Assembly (NCBI RefSeq): GCF_000039765.1
Contig: NC_004460.2
Location: 840,001 to 872,000 of the forward strand
DNA from: Vibrio vulnificus CMCP6
GTDB lineage: Bacteria > Pseudomonadota > Gammaproteobacteria > Enterobacterales > Vibrionaceae
Direction of reading: 5' to 3'
DNA length: 32,000 nucleotides
Made by a program: the position numbers and the translations under genes
In this document: positions 17,910-25,086 of the stretch, piece after piece
Layout of the letters: each line of letters begins with the position of its first letter
How positions within the stretch are numbered: the first letter of the stretch is position 1
Notes under the pieces: generated by a model
The model's database searches: none
Seen by the model: the letters and a program-made list of their open reading frames with translations, nothing else
What the model was told of the DNA's origin: nothing

Positions 17910-19976
17910 ATGAACATTCAACATCACCATAAAGCGGCACTGAGACAACTGCTGGCATTCCTTGTCATCATCTTATCGGTGCTCGTTAGTCCAAGCTTAT
18001 TGGCTAGCGGATTGTTAACCCCGGCCGATAGCCGTTTTCAACCACTAACCATTCAGTCTCACCACGTTAATGTCGTCATTGAAGATGGTTACGCTACGAC
18101 ATCCATTGAACAAGAGTTCTTTAACCCTAACGATCAAAGCTTAGAAGCACTTTACTCCTTTCCTATTCCTGAAAAGGCGGTGGTGGGCGAGTTTATCTAT
18201 TGGATCAATGATCGCCCAGTGATTGCAGAAGCCGTCAGTAAAGAAAAAGCGCAAACCCTCTATCAGGAGCAAAAAGCGCAAGGGGCCTCGACCGCCATTA
18301 CAGACAAAAACGAATTCAAAAGCTTTGATATCCGAGTTTTCCCTGTTTTACCAAACCAAAGCGTGAAAATTAAACTGGTTTATCTTCAAGATGCCTTAAT
18401 CGATCATGGCATCGGTCGCTACGTTTACCCAATGGAAGAAGGTGGTGTCGATGCGGCAGCGGATGCGTTTTGGTCTCGTAATAACCACGTTGAGCAAGCT
18501 TTTTCTTTCAACTTGGAAGTACGTTCGGCCTATCCAATTGATGGTTTAAGACTGCCAGCGCATCCTAACGCCATCATTTCGCAAAACCCACAAGGTGAGC
18601 ATCTTGTATGGCAAGCCAGTGTGACCAATCAGCAAAACGCTGAAGAACAGAGCCCGAATGCCAAGCAAACCGCCTTTACACTCGACAAAGACATCACCGT
18701 TTATTGGCGTTTACAGGAAGGTTTACCCGGTCGTTTAGAAGCAGTTAGCTATCGTGACCCTCAACAAAGTGAGCGCGGAACCATCAAGCTGACCTTCACC
18801 CCTGGCGATGACCTTTCCGCTATTCAACAAGGTCGAGATTGGGTGTTTGTACTGGATAAGTCAGGTTCAATGTCAGGCAAGCATGCCACCCTAACAGAGG
18901 GCGTGAAACGTGGTTTAGGCAAACTCCCCTCAGGAGATCGATTCCGAATTTTGATGTTCGATAATCGAGTACAAGAGATCACCAACGGCTTCATCGCCGT
19001 CAATCAAAATAACGTGACACAAGCGATTGAGACCATCAATCAAATCGCCACTGGCGGCGGTACGAACCTCTACGATGCACTGGAACGCGCAGTATCTGGC
19101 CTAGACAGTGACCGAACTACCGGGATCATTTTGGTCACCGATGGGGTTGCCAATGTCGGTGTAACAGAGAAAAAACAGTTCCTGAAACTGATGCAGCGCT
19201 ACGATGTTCGTCTCTACACGTTCATCATGGGTAACAGCGCCAATACACCGCTGCTTGAACCAATGACGCAAGTATCCAATGGCTTTGCGACCAGTATCTC
19301 CAATTCAGATGACATTCTTGGCCACATTATGAATGTCACCAGTAAACTAACCCACCAAGCGTATCGCAACATCCGCATAGACGTAGATGGGGTAAAACTC
19401 AACGATCTGACACCAGAAAACATCCATTCTCTTTATCGAGGTGAGCAACTTACGGTCTTTGGTCACTATAACAAAGCGGGTAAAAGCACCATTACACTGT
19501 CAGCTAAAGTCGATGGCGTCACACGCAAGTACCAAACGACCATCCAACTGGCAGAACAGCAGCTTGAAAACCCAGAAATTGAGCGTTTATGGGCCTTCTC
19601 AGCCATTCGAGATATTGAGTCCAAGATGCAGTACTTGGAGCAAAATGATAACGAAAGCGAGCAAGCAATCGAATCTATTGCCTTGGAGTATGGCTTGCTC
19701 ACGGACTACACCTCGTTACTTGTGGTCGAAGATACCGTGTTTGAGCAAAATGGCATCCGTAAAACAAACCAACAACGTGTAGAAAAGGAACAAGCGGCAA
19801 GAGAACTTCGCCAACAACGAGGTATAACGGATAGCCGCGCGGACAAGCAGCAGCCAATGTTCACCCAACCAGCCCCTTCGCATGGTGGTGGCGGTAGCGG
19901 TGGTGGTTCAATGACTCTGTGGCTCATCGTTGTTCTTGGGGGGGCATTGATGCTACGCCGTAAAACAAACGCTTAA
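17910..19976 (+). CDS. Secreted VIT-domain + von Willebrand factor A-domain protein with a C-terminal GlyGly-CTERM sorting signal
   Basis: 688 aa. Signal peptide (LLAFLVIILSVLVSPSLLASG). VIT-like N-terminal domain. vWA domain with MIDAS residues (DKSGSMSG, GGGTN, VTDG). The C-terminus HGGGGSGGGSMTLWLIVVLGGALMLRRKTNA is a Gly-rich motif, a TM helix and a basic cluster. RBS GGAGG lies 7 nt upstream. Confidence 0.85.
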   Translation: MNIQHHHKAALRQLLAFLVIILSVLVSPSLLASGLLTPADSRFQPLTIQSHHVNVVIEDGYATTSIEQEFFNPNDQSLEALYSFPIPEKAVVGEFIYWINDRPVIAEAVSKEKAQTLYQEQKAQGASTAITDKNEFKSFDIRVFPVLPNQSVKIKLVYLQDALIDHGIGRYVYPMEEGGVDAAADAFWSRNNHVEQAFSFNLEVRSAYPIDGLRLPAHPNAIISQNPQGEHLVWQASVTNQQNAEEQSPNAKQTAFTLDKDITVYWRLQEGLPGRLEAVSYRDPQQSERGTIKLTFTPGDDLSAIQQGRDWVFVLDKSGSMSGKHATLTEGVKRGLGKLPSGDRFRILMFDNRVQEITNGFIAVNQNNVTQAIETINQIATGGGTNLYDALERAVSGLDSDRTTGIILVTDGVANVGVTEKKQFLKLMQRYDVRLYTFIMGNSANTPLLEPMTQVSNGFATSISNSDDILGHIMNVTSKLTHQAYRNIRIDVDGVKLNDLTPENIHSLYRGEQLTVFGHYNKAGKSTITLSAKVDGVTRKYQTTIQLAEQQLENPEIERLWAFSAIRDIESKMQYLEQNDNESEQAIESIALEYGLLTDYTSLLVVEDTVFEQNGIRKTNQQRVEKEQAARELRQQRGITDSRADKQQPMFTQPAPSHGGGGSGGGSMTLWLIVVLGGALMLRRKTNA

Positions 19977-20156
19977 AAAGCACAATATGAGCGGGAACAA
20001 CCTTCCCGCTATGACTCAAAAAGACAAATGAAACCGAGGCATTTTTTGTACTCGTTTTGAATATTTAGACACAAAGGATTGTGGCAGCGCTGTCGTTCTT
20101 TTCTTCATGATTGTAATGAACTCAGCGAGGCACTAAACAACATCAAAGAGGCTAAC

Positions 20157-22028
20157 ATGTTTTTATCGCGTCGATTTTTCCCTTACTTCTGCACTCAGTG
20201 CTTGGGTGCCCTCAACGATAATGTCTATAAGAATGTGTTACTGCTGATGGTAACGTATAGCCAAGTGGAGCAGCTTCCACTGCCCATTGACTTATTTGTG
20301 AATCTCGCAGCAGGATTATTCATCTTACCTTTCCTTCTTTTTTCAGCTCATGCTGGGCAAGTCGCTGACAATATGGACAAGGCACGATTAATTAAGCGCC
20401 TTAAACAGATTGAACTGTTGGTGATGGGCTGCGCCGCCATTGCCATTTTAACGCAAAGCTACATCGCGATGCTGATTCTGCTCTTTCTCACCGGGACTCA
20501 ATCTGCCTATTTTGGCCCAGTGAAATACTCCCTGCTTCCACAAGCACTCAAAGCCAACGAATTAGTCAAAGGCAATGCTTGGGTAGAGATGGGCACCTTC
20601 GTTTCTATTTTGCTCGGCACACTCACCGCAGGCGTGCTGATTGCGCTAGAAAATGGGCTCTACATTACCGCAGGCTTAGTATTGGTGTTGGCGTTGCTTG
20701 GCGTTGTCAGCAGCCAAAAAATGCCCGCACTACCATTGCAAACACCTGCTAAAAAAGTACAGTTCAAACCTATTTCTGGCTTAGTGAGCACGCTGAAGAA
20801 TGCGCAGAAAAATCGTGGAATCTGGATGGCGATCTTAGCCATCAGTTGGTTTTGGTTTTTAGGCGCCACCTACCTGACTCAGTTCCCCAACTTCGCAAAA
20901 ACACACCTCTATGCAGATAGTACAGTCGTTTCTGTGTTGCTGGCACTGTTTTCAATTGGCGTCGCTACGGGTTCATGGCTGTGTGAAAAACTCTCTTTTG
21001 ATCAAGTGGAACTCGGTATTCTACCTTTTGGCATTGCTGGCCTTACCGTGTTTGGTGGTGACCTGCTTTTTGCTCTGCCCAACGCGGCACAATTTCCATC
21101 CGCCTATTGGCAAGCGGCTGACTTCGTCCAGAACGCTCAGCATTGGCGCGTGATGGCGGACCTTTTTATGGTGGGAGTCAGTGGTGGGCTTTTCATTGTT
21201 CCACTGTACGCTTTCATTCAATCTCGTGCAGAGGATGGTGAATGTGCGCAAGCTATCGCGGCCAATAACATCATGAACTCGCTATTTATGGTGGCATCCG
21301 CAGCACTCTCCATCTTCGTCTTAACTGTGGTAGAGCTGAGCATTGTACAATTGTTCGCCTTGTTGGCACTGATGAACTTGGCAGTCGCCATTTATGTTTA
21401 CCGCCAAGTACCCGAGTTTACCCAGCGATTTATCAGCTATCTGATTAGTCACATCATGTATCGAGTGACGATTAAGGGTCGTAGCTGCATTCCCCAACAA
21501 GGAGCAGCGCTGCTGGTTGCGAACCACGTGAGTTACGTTGATGCACTGATCTTAATGGGTATTTCACCACGCCCGATTCGCTTCGTCATGGCAAAAGGCA
21601 TAGCAGAGATTCCACTACTGAAATATGTGTTCCGCCATGCAGGCGTGATTCCCATCTGCTCTCCGAAAAAATGTGAAAAAACCTATCAACATGCGTTTAA
21701 ACAGATTGCTCAAGCCTTAAATAACGGAGAACTCGTTTGCATTTTTCCAGAAGGTCGCCTGACAGCGGACGGCAGCTTGGGCGAGTTTAGACCCGGTGTG
21801 GAAACGATTCTCAGAGACAATCCTGTCCCTGTCATTCCCGTTGGGCTAGTTGGATTATGGGGATCTTTTTTCAGCCATAAACATGGGCATGCGCTCACCT
21901 CTTTACCACGTCGATTCTGGTCGAAAATCAGCGTCAACGTTGGTGAAGCGATAGAAGGCACAGACGCCAACCGACATCAACTGCAACAAGAGGTACAAAA
22001 GTTGGTTGCTGTACCCTGTTCACAGTAA
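20157..22028 (+). CDS. MFS transporter (LplT-like lysophospholipid transporter) fused to a PlsC-type acyltransferase domain
   Basis: The N-terminal 430 aa or so are polytopic and MFS-like. The C-terminal 190 aa or so carry acyltransferase motif I, NHVSYVD (HX4D, 21522-21542), and motif III, FPEGRLT. Start at 20157 (MFLSRRFFPYF) has AAAGAGG upstream; the 26-codon extension in the track lacks an RBS. Confidence 0.8.
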   Translation: MFLSRRFFPYFCTQCLGALNDNVYKNVLLLMVTYSQVEQLPLPIDLFVNLAAGLFILPFLLFSAHAGQVADNMDKARLIKRLKQIELLVMGCAAIAILTQSYIAMLILLFLTGTQSAYFGPVKYSLLPQALKANELVKGNAWVEMGTFVSILLGTLTAGVLIALENGLYITAGLVLVLALLGVVSSQKMPALPLQTPAKKVQFKPISGLVSTLKNAQKNRGIWMAILAISWFWFLGATYLTQFPNFAKTHLYADSTVVSVLLALFSIGVATGSWLCEKLSFDQVELGILPFGIAGLTVFGGDLLFALPNAAQFPSAYWQAADFVQNAQHWRVMADLFMVGVSGGLFIVPLYAFIQSRAEDGECAQAIAANNIMNSLFMVASAALSIFVLTVVELSIVQLFALLALMNLAVAIYVYRQVPEFTQRFISYLISHIMYRVTIKGRSCIPQQGAALLVANHVSYVDALILMGISPRPIRFVMAKGIAEIPLLKYVFRHAGVIPICSPKKCEKTYQHAFKQIAQALNNGELVCIFPEGRLTADGSLGEFRPGVETILRDNPVPVIPVGLVGLWGSFFSHKHGHALTSLPRRFWSKISVNVGEAIEGTDANRHQLQQEVQKLVAVPCSQ

Positions 22029-22122
22029 GCCATTATTTTTGATGAGATAATCTAGATATTAGGTCGCCCCAAGTAGCTTGGCATTACAGGTAACTAGGGA
22101 ATAAGGGATGGAGAGTGAAGCG

Positions 22123-22755
22123 ATGAAAATCATTATATTACACGGTTTATATATGCATGGTTTAGTCATGCAACCTCTCAGCTTGCGCCTAAAAAAATTG
22201 GGCTATCAAACACAAACGCTCACCTACAACACGGTCAATATTGATGAAGAAAAAGTTTTCCAATCCATAGACAAAGCGCTCAGCACGACGACGGGGAATG
22301 TGTTGGTTGGCCATAGTTTGGGAGGCTTGATGATCAAACATTATCTTGCCTCACGTCGCCCTACCCTTCAGCAAATCTCACATGTGGTGGCCATAGGGTC
22401 ACCGCTCAAAGGCGCTTCCATCGTAACAAAAATTCAGGAGCTTGGTTTAGGTGCGATGCTTGGCAATTCGCCAAAACATGGGCTCAATATGCATGAGGAT
22501 GTTTGGGATTTTCCTCAAAAGCTTGGCAGTATTGCAGGCACGATTCCATTGGGTGCAAGACCCTTCTTACTGATGGATACACAGACAATGTCTGATGGGA
22601 CGGTCACGGTGGAGGAGACAAAGATATCAGGTATGACTGACCATGTTTTGACGAAAAATAGCCATACCAGCATGATATATAGCCGCTATATTCCAGATCA
22701 GATCGATCATTTCATCCAGCATTCTCACTTCAGGCAAACCGAGAGAGTTAATTAA
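22123..22755 (+). CDS. Small alpha/beta-fold hydrolase, lipase/esterase-like
   Basis: About 210 aa. Nucleophile elbow GHSLGG, a SDGTVT acid motif and a late His (NSHTSM), resembling minimal LipA/PGAP1-like lipases. The start could be 22123 (MKIIILHG, GGAG 9 nt upstream) or 22108. Confidence 0.7.
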   Translation: MKIIILHGLYMHGLVMQPLSLRLKKLGYQTQTLTYNTVNIDEEKVFQSIDKALSTTTGNVLVGHSLGGLMIKHYLASRRPTLQQISHVVAIGSPLKGASIVTKIQELGLGAMLGNSPKHGLNMHEDVWDFPQKLGSIAGTIPLGARPFLLMDTQTMSDGTVTVEETKISGMTDHVLTKNSHTSMIYSRYIPDQIDHFIQHSHFRQTERVN

Positions 22756-23058
22756 GAGCCATCTAAATAAGCAAAATCAAAACAAAAGACAGCTCCCAAT
22801 AATGCAAATATATCACTAGCAATAAATATGAAATTTATATATTATCCCACCCGGTTATAAAACAGTGTTCAAAACCAATGCTAGACCAAAGCAGTTAAGA
22901 ACTAAGTTGTTTAAAACCATGCATAGAAAACTGTTGTCAGCGCTCATGAAAAAGACCACAAATCGAAACAGCAAGCTCAATGCTTGCTGTCATTCTGATT
23001 TGAAATACATATCACTATAAAAAGCGCCTGACATCCTAATAAAACATAGGAAATAACA

Positions 23059-23640
23059 ATGAAAATGAAAGCGATCGCTCTGACGTTATTGAGCCTAAGC
23101 GCTATTTCAGCAGCACACGCAGACACGAAAGTAAACGGCTTCTACCTTGGTGCTGGTGCTGGTTCTACGGAATTTGACAGTGACCAGTCTGTAACCGGTA
23201 AAGCCGATGGTAACGCACTAAAACTGATCGCCGGTTATCAGTTCAACCGTATCGTTGGTATCGAAGCACAATACAGCAAATACGGTGATGTGAAATTTTC
23301 TACACCGCAAAATACTTGGACTCCGACTGCTCTTTCTTTGAATGCCAACCTTGGCTACACCTTTGCAAATGGCCTTCGTCCTTATGGTATTGTTGGCCTT
23401 TCAGCATTGGATCTTAGCGAGTCAACCAAAACACTTGAAAGTGACAGTGGTGCCGCTATCCACTTTGGTTTGGGTTTAGAGTACGCGCCACCTGCATTGA
23501 ACGGCCTAGCGTTCCGTGTGGGTTACGATGCTGAAATTTTTGGTATCAGTACCGAATATGACCTAAATGGTACCAAAGTAACGGAAGACGTTGCTTACAG
23601 CCTAGGCGCATTCTACGCAGGTGCCACATACAAGTTCTAA
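23059..23640 (+). CDS. Small outer-membrane beta-barrel protein (OmpA-like / OMP_b-brl type, 8-stranded size)
   Basis: Signal peptide MKMKAIALTLLSLSAISAAHA. Alternating amphipathic strands rich in G, Y and aromatic residues. C-terminal GATYKF with a terminal Phe, typical of a BAM-recognised OMP. RBS AGGAAA. Confidence 0.75.
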   Translation: MKMKAIALTLLSLSAISAAHADTKVNGFYLGAGAGSTEFDSDQSVTGKADGNALKLIAGYQFNRIVGIEAQYSKYGDVKFSTPQNTWTPTALSLNANLGYTFANGLRPYGIVGLSALDLSESTKTLESDSGAAIHFGLGLEYAPPALNGLAFRVGYDAEIFGISTEYDLNGTKVTEDVAYSLGAFYAGATYKF

Positions 23641-23663
23641 TGTGTACTGCACACTCTTTCTTC

Positions 23664-23686
23664 AAAGGGCCTTACGGCCCTTTTTT
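23664..23686 (+). terminator. Rho-independent terminator of the OMP gene
   Basis: Stem AAAGGGCC (23664-23671) / GGCCCTTT (23676-23683) with loop TTAC, and a T6 tract (23681-23686). Confidence 0.8.
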
Positions 23687-23794
23687 ACTTTTCGTTTTGG
23701 AAGAACAGATTGAATAAAAAAGAGACCGAGCGCGCAAAAACAGAGCAAACAAAACATAAAACGGCGACAAATCAAGCGATTGAACTTTTTCCAC

Positions 23795-23823
23795 TTTACA
23801 TCAACCACGGTTCCCCCTATTAT
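23795..23823 (+). promoter_or_regulatory. Sigma70 promoter of the tRNA operon
   Basis: TTTACA (23795-23800), a 17-nt spacer, then TATTAT (23818-23823), followed by a GC-containing discriminator (CTTGGCCC). An A/T-rich segment lies upstream. The predicted TSS is only a few nt before the tRNA-Ser 5' end at 23834. Confidence 0.6.
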
Positions 23824-23833
23824 CTTGGCCCAT

Positions 23834-23924
23834 GGAGAGATGGCTGAGTGGTTGAAAGCACCGGTCTTGAAAACCGGCGTACGTTAATAGCGTACCTAGG
23901 GTTCAAATCCCTATCTCTCCGCCA
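23834..23924 (+). tRNA. tRNA-Ser (anticodon UGA), 91 nt with a long variable arm and encoded CCA
   Basis: Acceptor stem GGAGAGA / TCTCTCC. Anticodon arm CCGGT-CTTGAAA-ACCGG, identical to E. coli tRNA-Ser(UGA) as I recall it. Variable arm GTACG..CGTAC. T arm GGGTTCAAATCCC. 3' GCCA. Confidence 0.95.
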
Positions 23925-23956
23925 CATTGCATTGTTGAGCTGATGCTGAACAATTT

Positions 23957-24032
23957 GCCTCGATAGCTCAGTCGGTAGAGCAGAGGATTGAAAATCCTCG
24001 TGTCGGTGGTTCGATTCCGCCTCGAGGCACCA
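23957..24032 (+). tRNA. tRNA-Phe (anticodon GAA), 76 nt
   Basis: GCCTCGATAGCTCAGTCGGTAGAGCAGAGGATTGAAAATCCTCGTGTCGGTGGTTCGATTCCGCCTCGAGGCACCA gives a cloverleaf with a GAA anticodon loop. It is close to E. coli tRNA-Phe. Confidence 0.95.
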
Positions 24033-24068
24033 CTTATTAAGTTGTGCCAGATACAACAACAGAATAGT

Positions 24069-24144
24069 TCCTCCTTAGCTCAGTCGGTAGAGCGACGGAC
24101 TGTTAATCCGCAGGTCGCTGGTTCGAGCCCAGCAGGAGGAGCCA
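24069..24144 (+). tRNA. tRNA-Asn (anticodon GUU), 76 nt
   Basis: TCCTCCTTAGCTCAGTCGGTAGAGCGACGGACTGTTAATCCGCAGGTCGCTGGTTCGAGCCCAGCAGGAGGAGCCA has acceptor stem TCCTCCT / AGGAGGA and anticodon loop CTGTTAA. Confidence 0.95.
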
Positions 24145-24150
24145 TATTTA

Positions 24151-24180
24151 AAAAGCCTCATCATTTGATGAGGCTTTTTG
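24151..24180. terminator. Bidirectional rho-independent terminator (tRNA operon on +, MBL hydrolase gene on -)
   Basis: Perfect 13-bp stem AAAAAGCCTCATC (24151-24163) / GATGAGGCTTTTT (24168-24180) with loop ATTT. The A and T tracts work in both orientations. Confidence 0.85.
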
Positions 24181-24199
24181 CTATTTGATGTTTACTCAC

Positions 24200-24910
24200 T
24201 CAAGTGGGCAAACGCGCCGTAAGATTATAGCTGATCGCCGATGCAACCAGCTCTTCACTGACTGCATGACCACAACGTTCGTCAATCAACTCCCGATCCT
24301 CGCCATGACACTCTTCTTCATGCCCTAGATACACTTCAACACCATTGGTTTGAATGTGGCTATAAAGAGAGTGCAGTAGATGGTCGACATTGGTTTTCTC
24401 TTCCCATAACTGGCAATCGCTTTCTGGGATAAGCGCGTCACCAATAAAAATTGCCTCACCAATTTTGAAGGTCACATCAGACGCCGAGTGACAAGGCGTA
24501 TTGATCACTTCTAGGTCAGACTCTCCAAACTCAAGATGTTCTTGATCCATAAGAAAGTGTTCAAACTCATACAGCTCTTTAAGAGCTAACTCATCTTTCC
24601 AACATGCGTAGACTTTCTTTGCCCCTTCAGCCACATTGATGGGCGCTTGCAACAATTCACTAAGGTAAAAAGAACCCGTTAGGTGATCGGCGTGAATGTG
24701 TGTTTCAAAAATGGCCACGACATGAAGATGATTCTCTCTGACGTATTGTAAAAGCTTATCTGCAGATTCAAAACTGATCCTCCCAGATTCAAGGCAATAG
24801 TCTGCAACAGGGTCGATAATTATGGCTTGTTTTGTGCCGACATCTGACACCACATAGCTGATGGTACCCGACACGACATGATGAAATTCCTGAATGATTT
24901 GGCCTGCCAT
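24200..24910 (-). CDS. MBL-fold metallo-hydrolase (glyoxalase II / ETHE1-like size class)
   Basis: HIHADH (HxHxDH) metal motif, followed by TPCHSASD and a distal His/Asp. Start set at 24910 (MAGQIIQEF) with GAGGGG upstream. The longer track ORF (to 24994) would run through the upstream gene's terminator. Confidence 0.75.
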   Translation of the reverse strand: MAGQIIQEFHHVVSGTISYVVSDVGTKQAIIIDPVADYCLESGRISFESADKLLQYVRENHLHVVAIFETHIHADHLTGSFYLSELLQAPINVAEGAKKVYACWKDELALKELYEFEHFLMDQEHLEFGESDLEVINTPCHSASDVTFKIGEAIFIGDALIPESDCQLWEEKTNVDHLLHSLYSHIQTNGVEVYLGHEEECHGEDRELIDERCGHAVSEELVASAISYNLTARLPT

Positions 24911-24985
24911 AATCCCCTCGAGAAATCTGTTTCCATACATAATCAGTCTAGATGAGAGTTGATGACAGGCAAGAAAGCAAAAAGA

Positions 24986-25009
24986 AAAAGGCACCTTTCA
25001 GCGCCTTTT
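24986..25009 (-). terminator. Terminator candidate downstream of the NPP-like gene
   Basis: Arms AAAAGGC (24986-24992) / GCCTTTT (25003-25009) with a partly paired interior. On the minus strand it is followed by TTTTTCTTTTT. The stem is short and imperfect. Confidence 0.45.
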
Positions 25010-25086
25010 CCATTCGCGGCATCTTAGCCGTAATTGCCTATTTTAGTAGAGCGGTCTGATAGAGAAGTTTGATAGAGAGACACCAA

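Noticed and set aside
17910-19976. VIT-vWA protein as the classic 'marine proteobacterial sortase target'
   Set aside because: There is no LPXTG-like motif before the C-terminal helix and no sortase gene adjacent. The tail fits GlyGly-CTERM instead.
22919-23020. 33-aa small ORF (MHRKLLSALMKKTTNRNSKLNACCHSDLKYISL) overlapping a 9-bp hairpin (22968-22990) in the spacer upstream of the OMP gene
   Set aside because: There is no Shine-Dalgarno sequence before the ATG and no recognisable peptide family. The hairpin ACAGCAAGC / GCTTGCTGT is real but lacks a clear U tract, so I cannot call an sRNA, a terminator or a coding gene.
23820-24188. Track ORFs 23820-24059 (-) and 23988-24188 (+), 79 and 66 aa
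   Set aside because: They lie entirely over the three tRNA genes and their spacers. They have no RBS, and the apparent coding potential is an artefact of structured RNA sequence.
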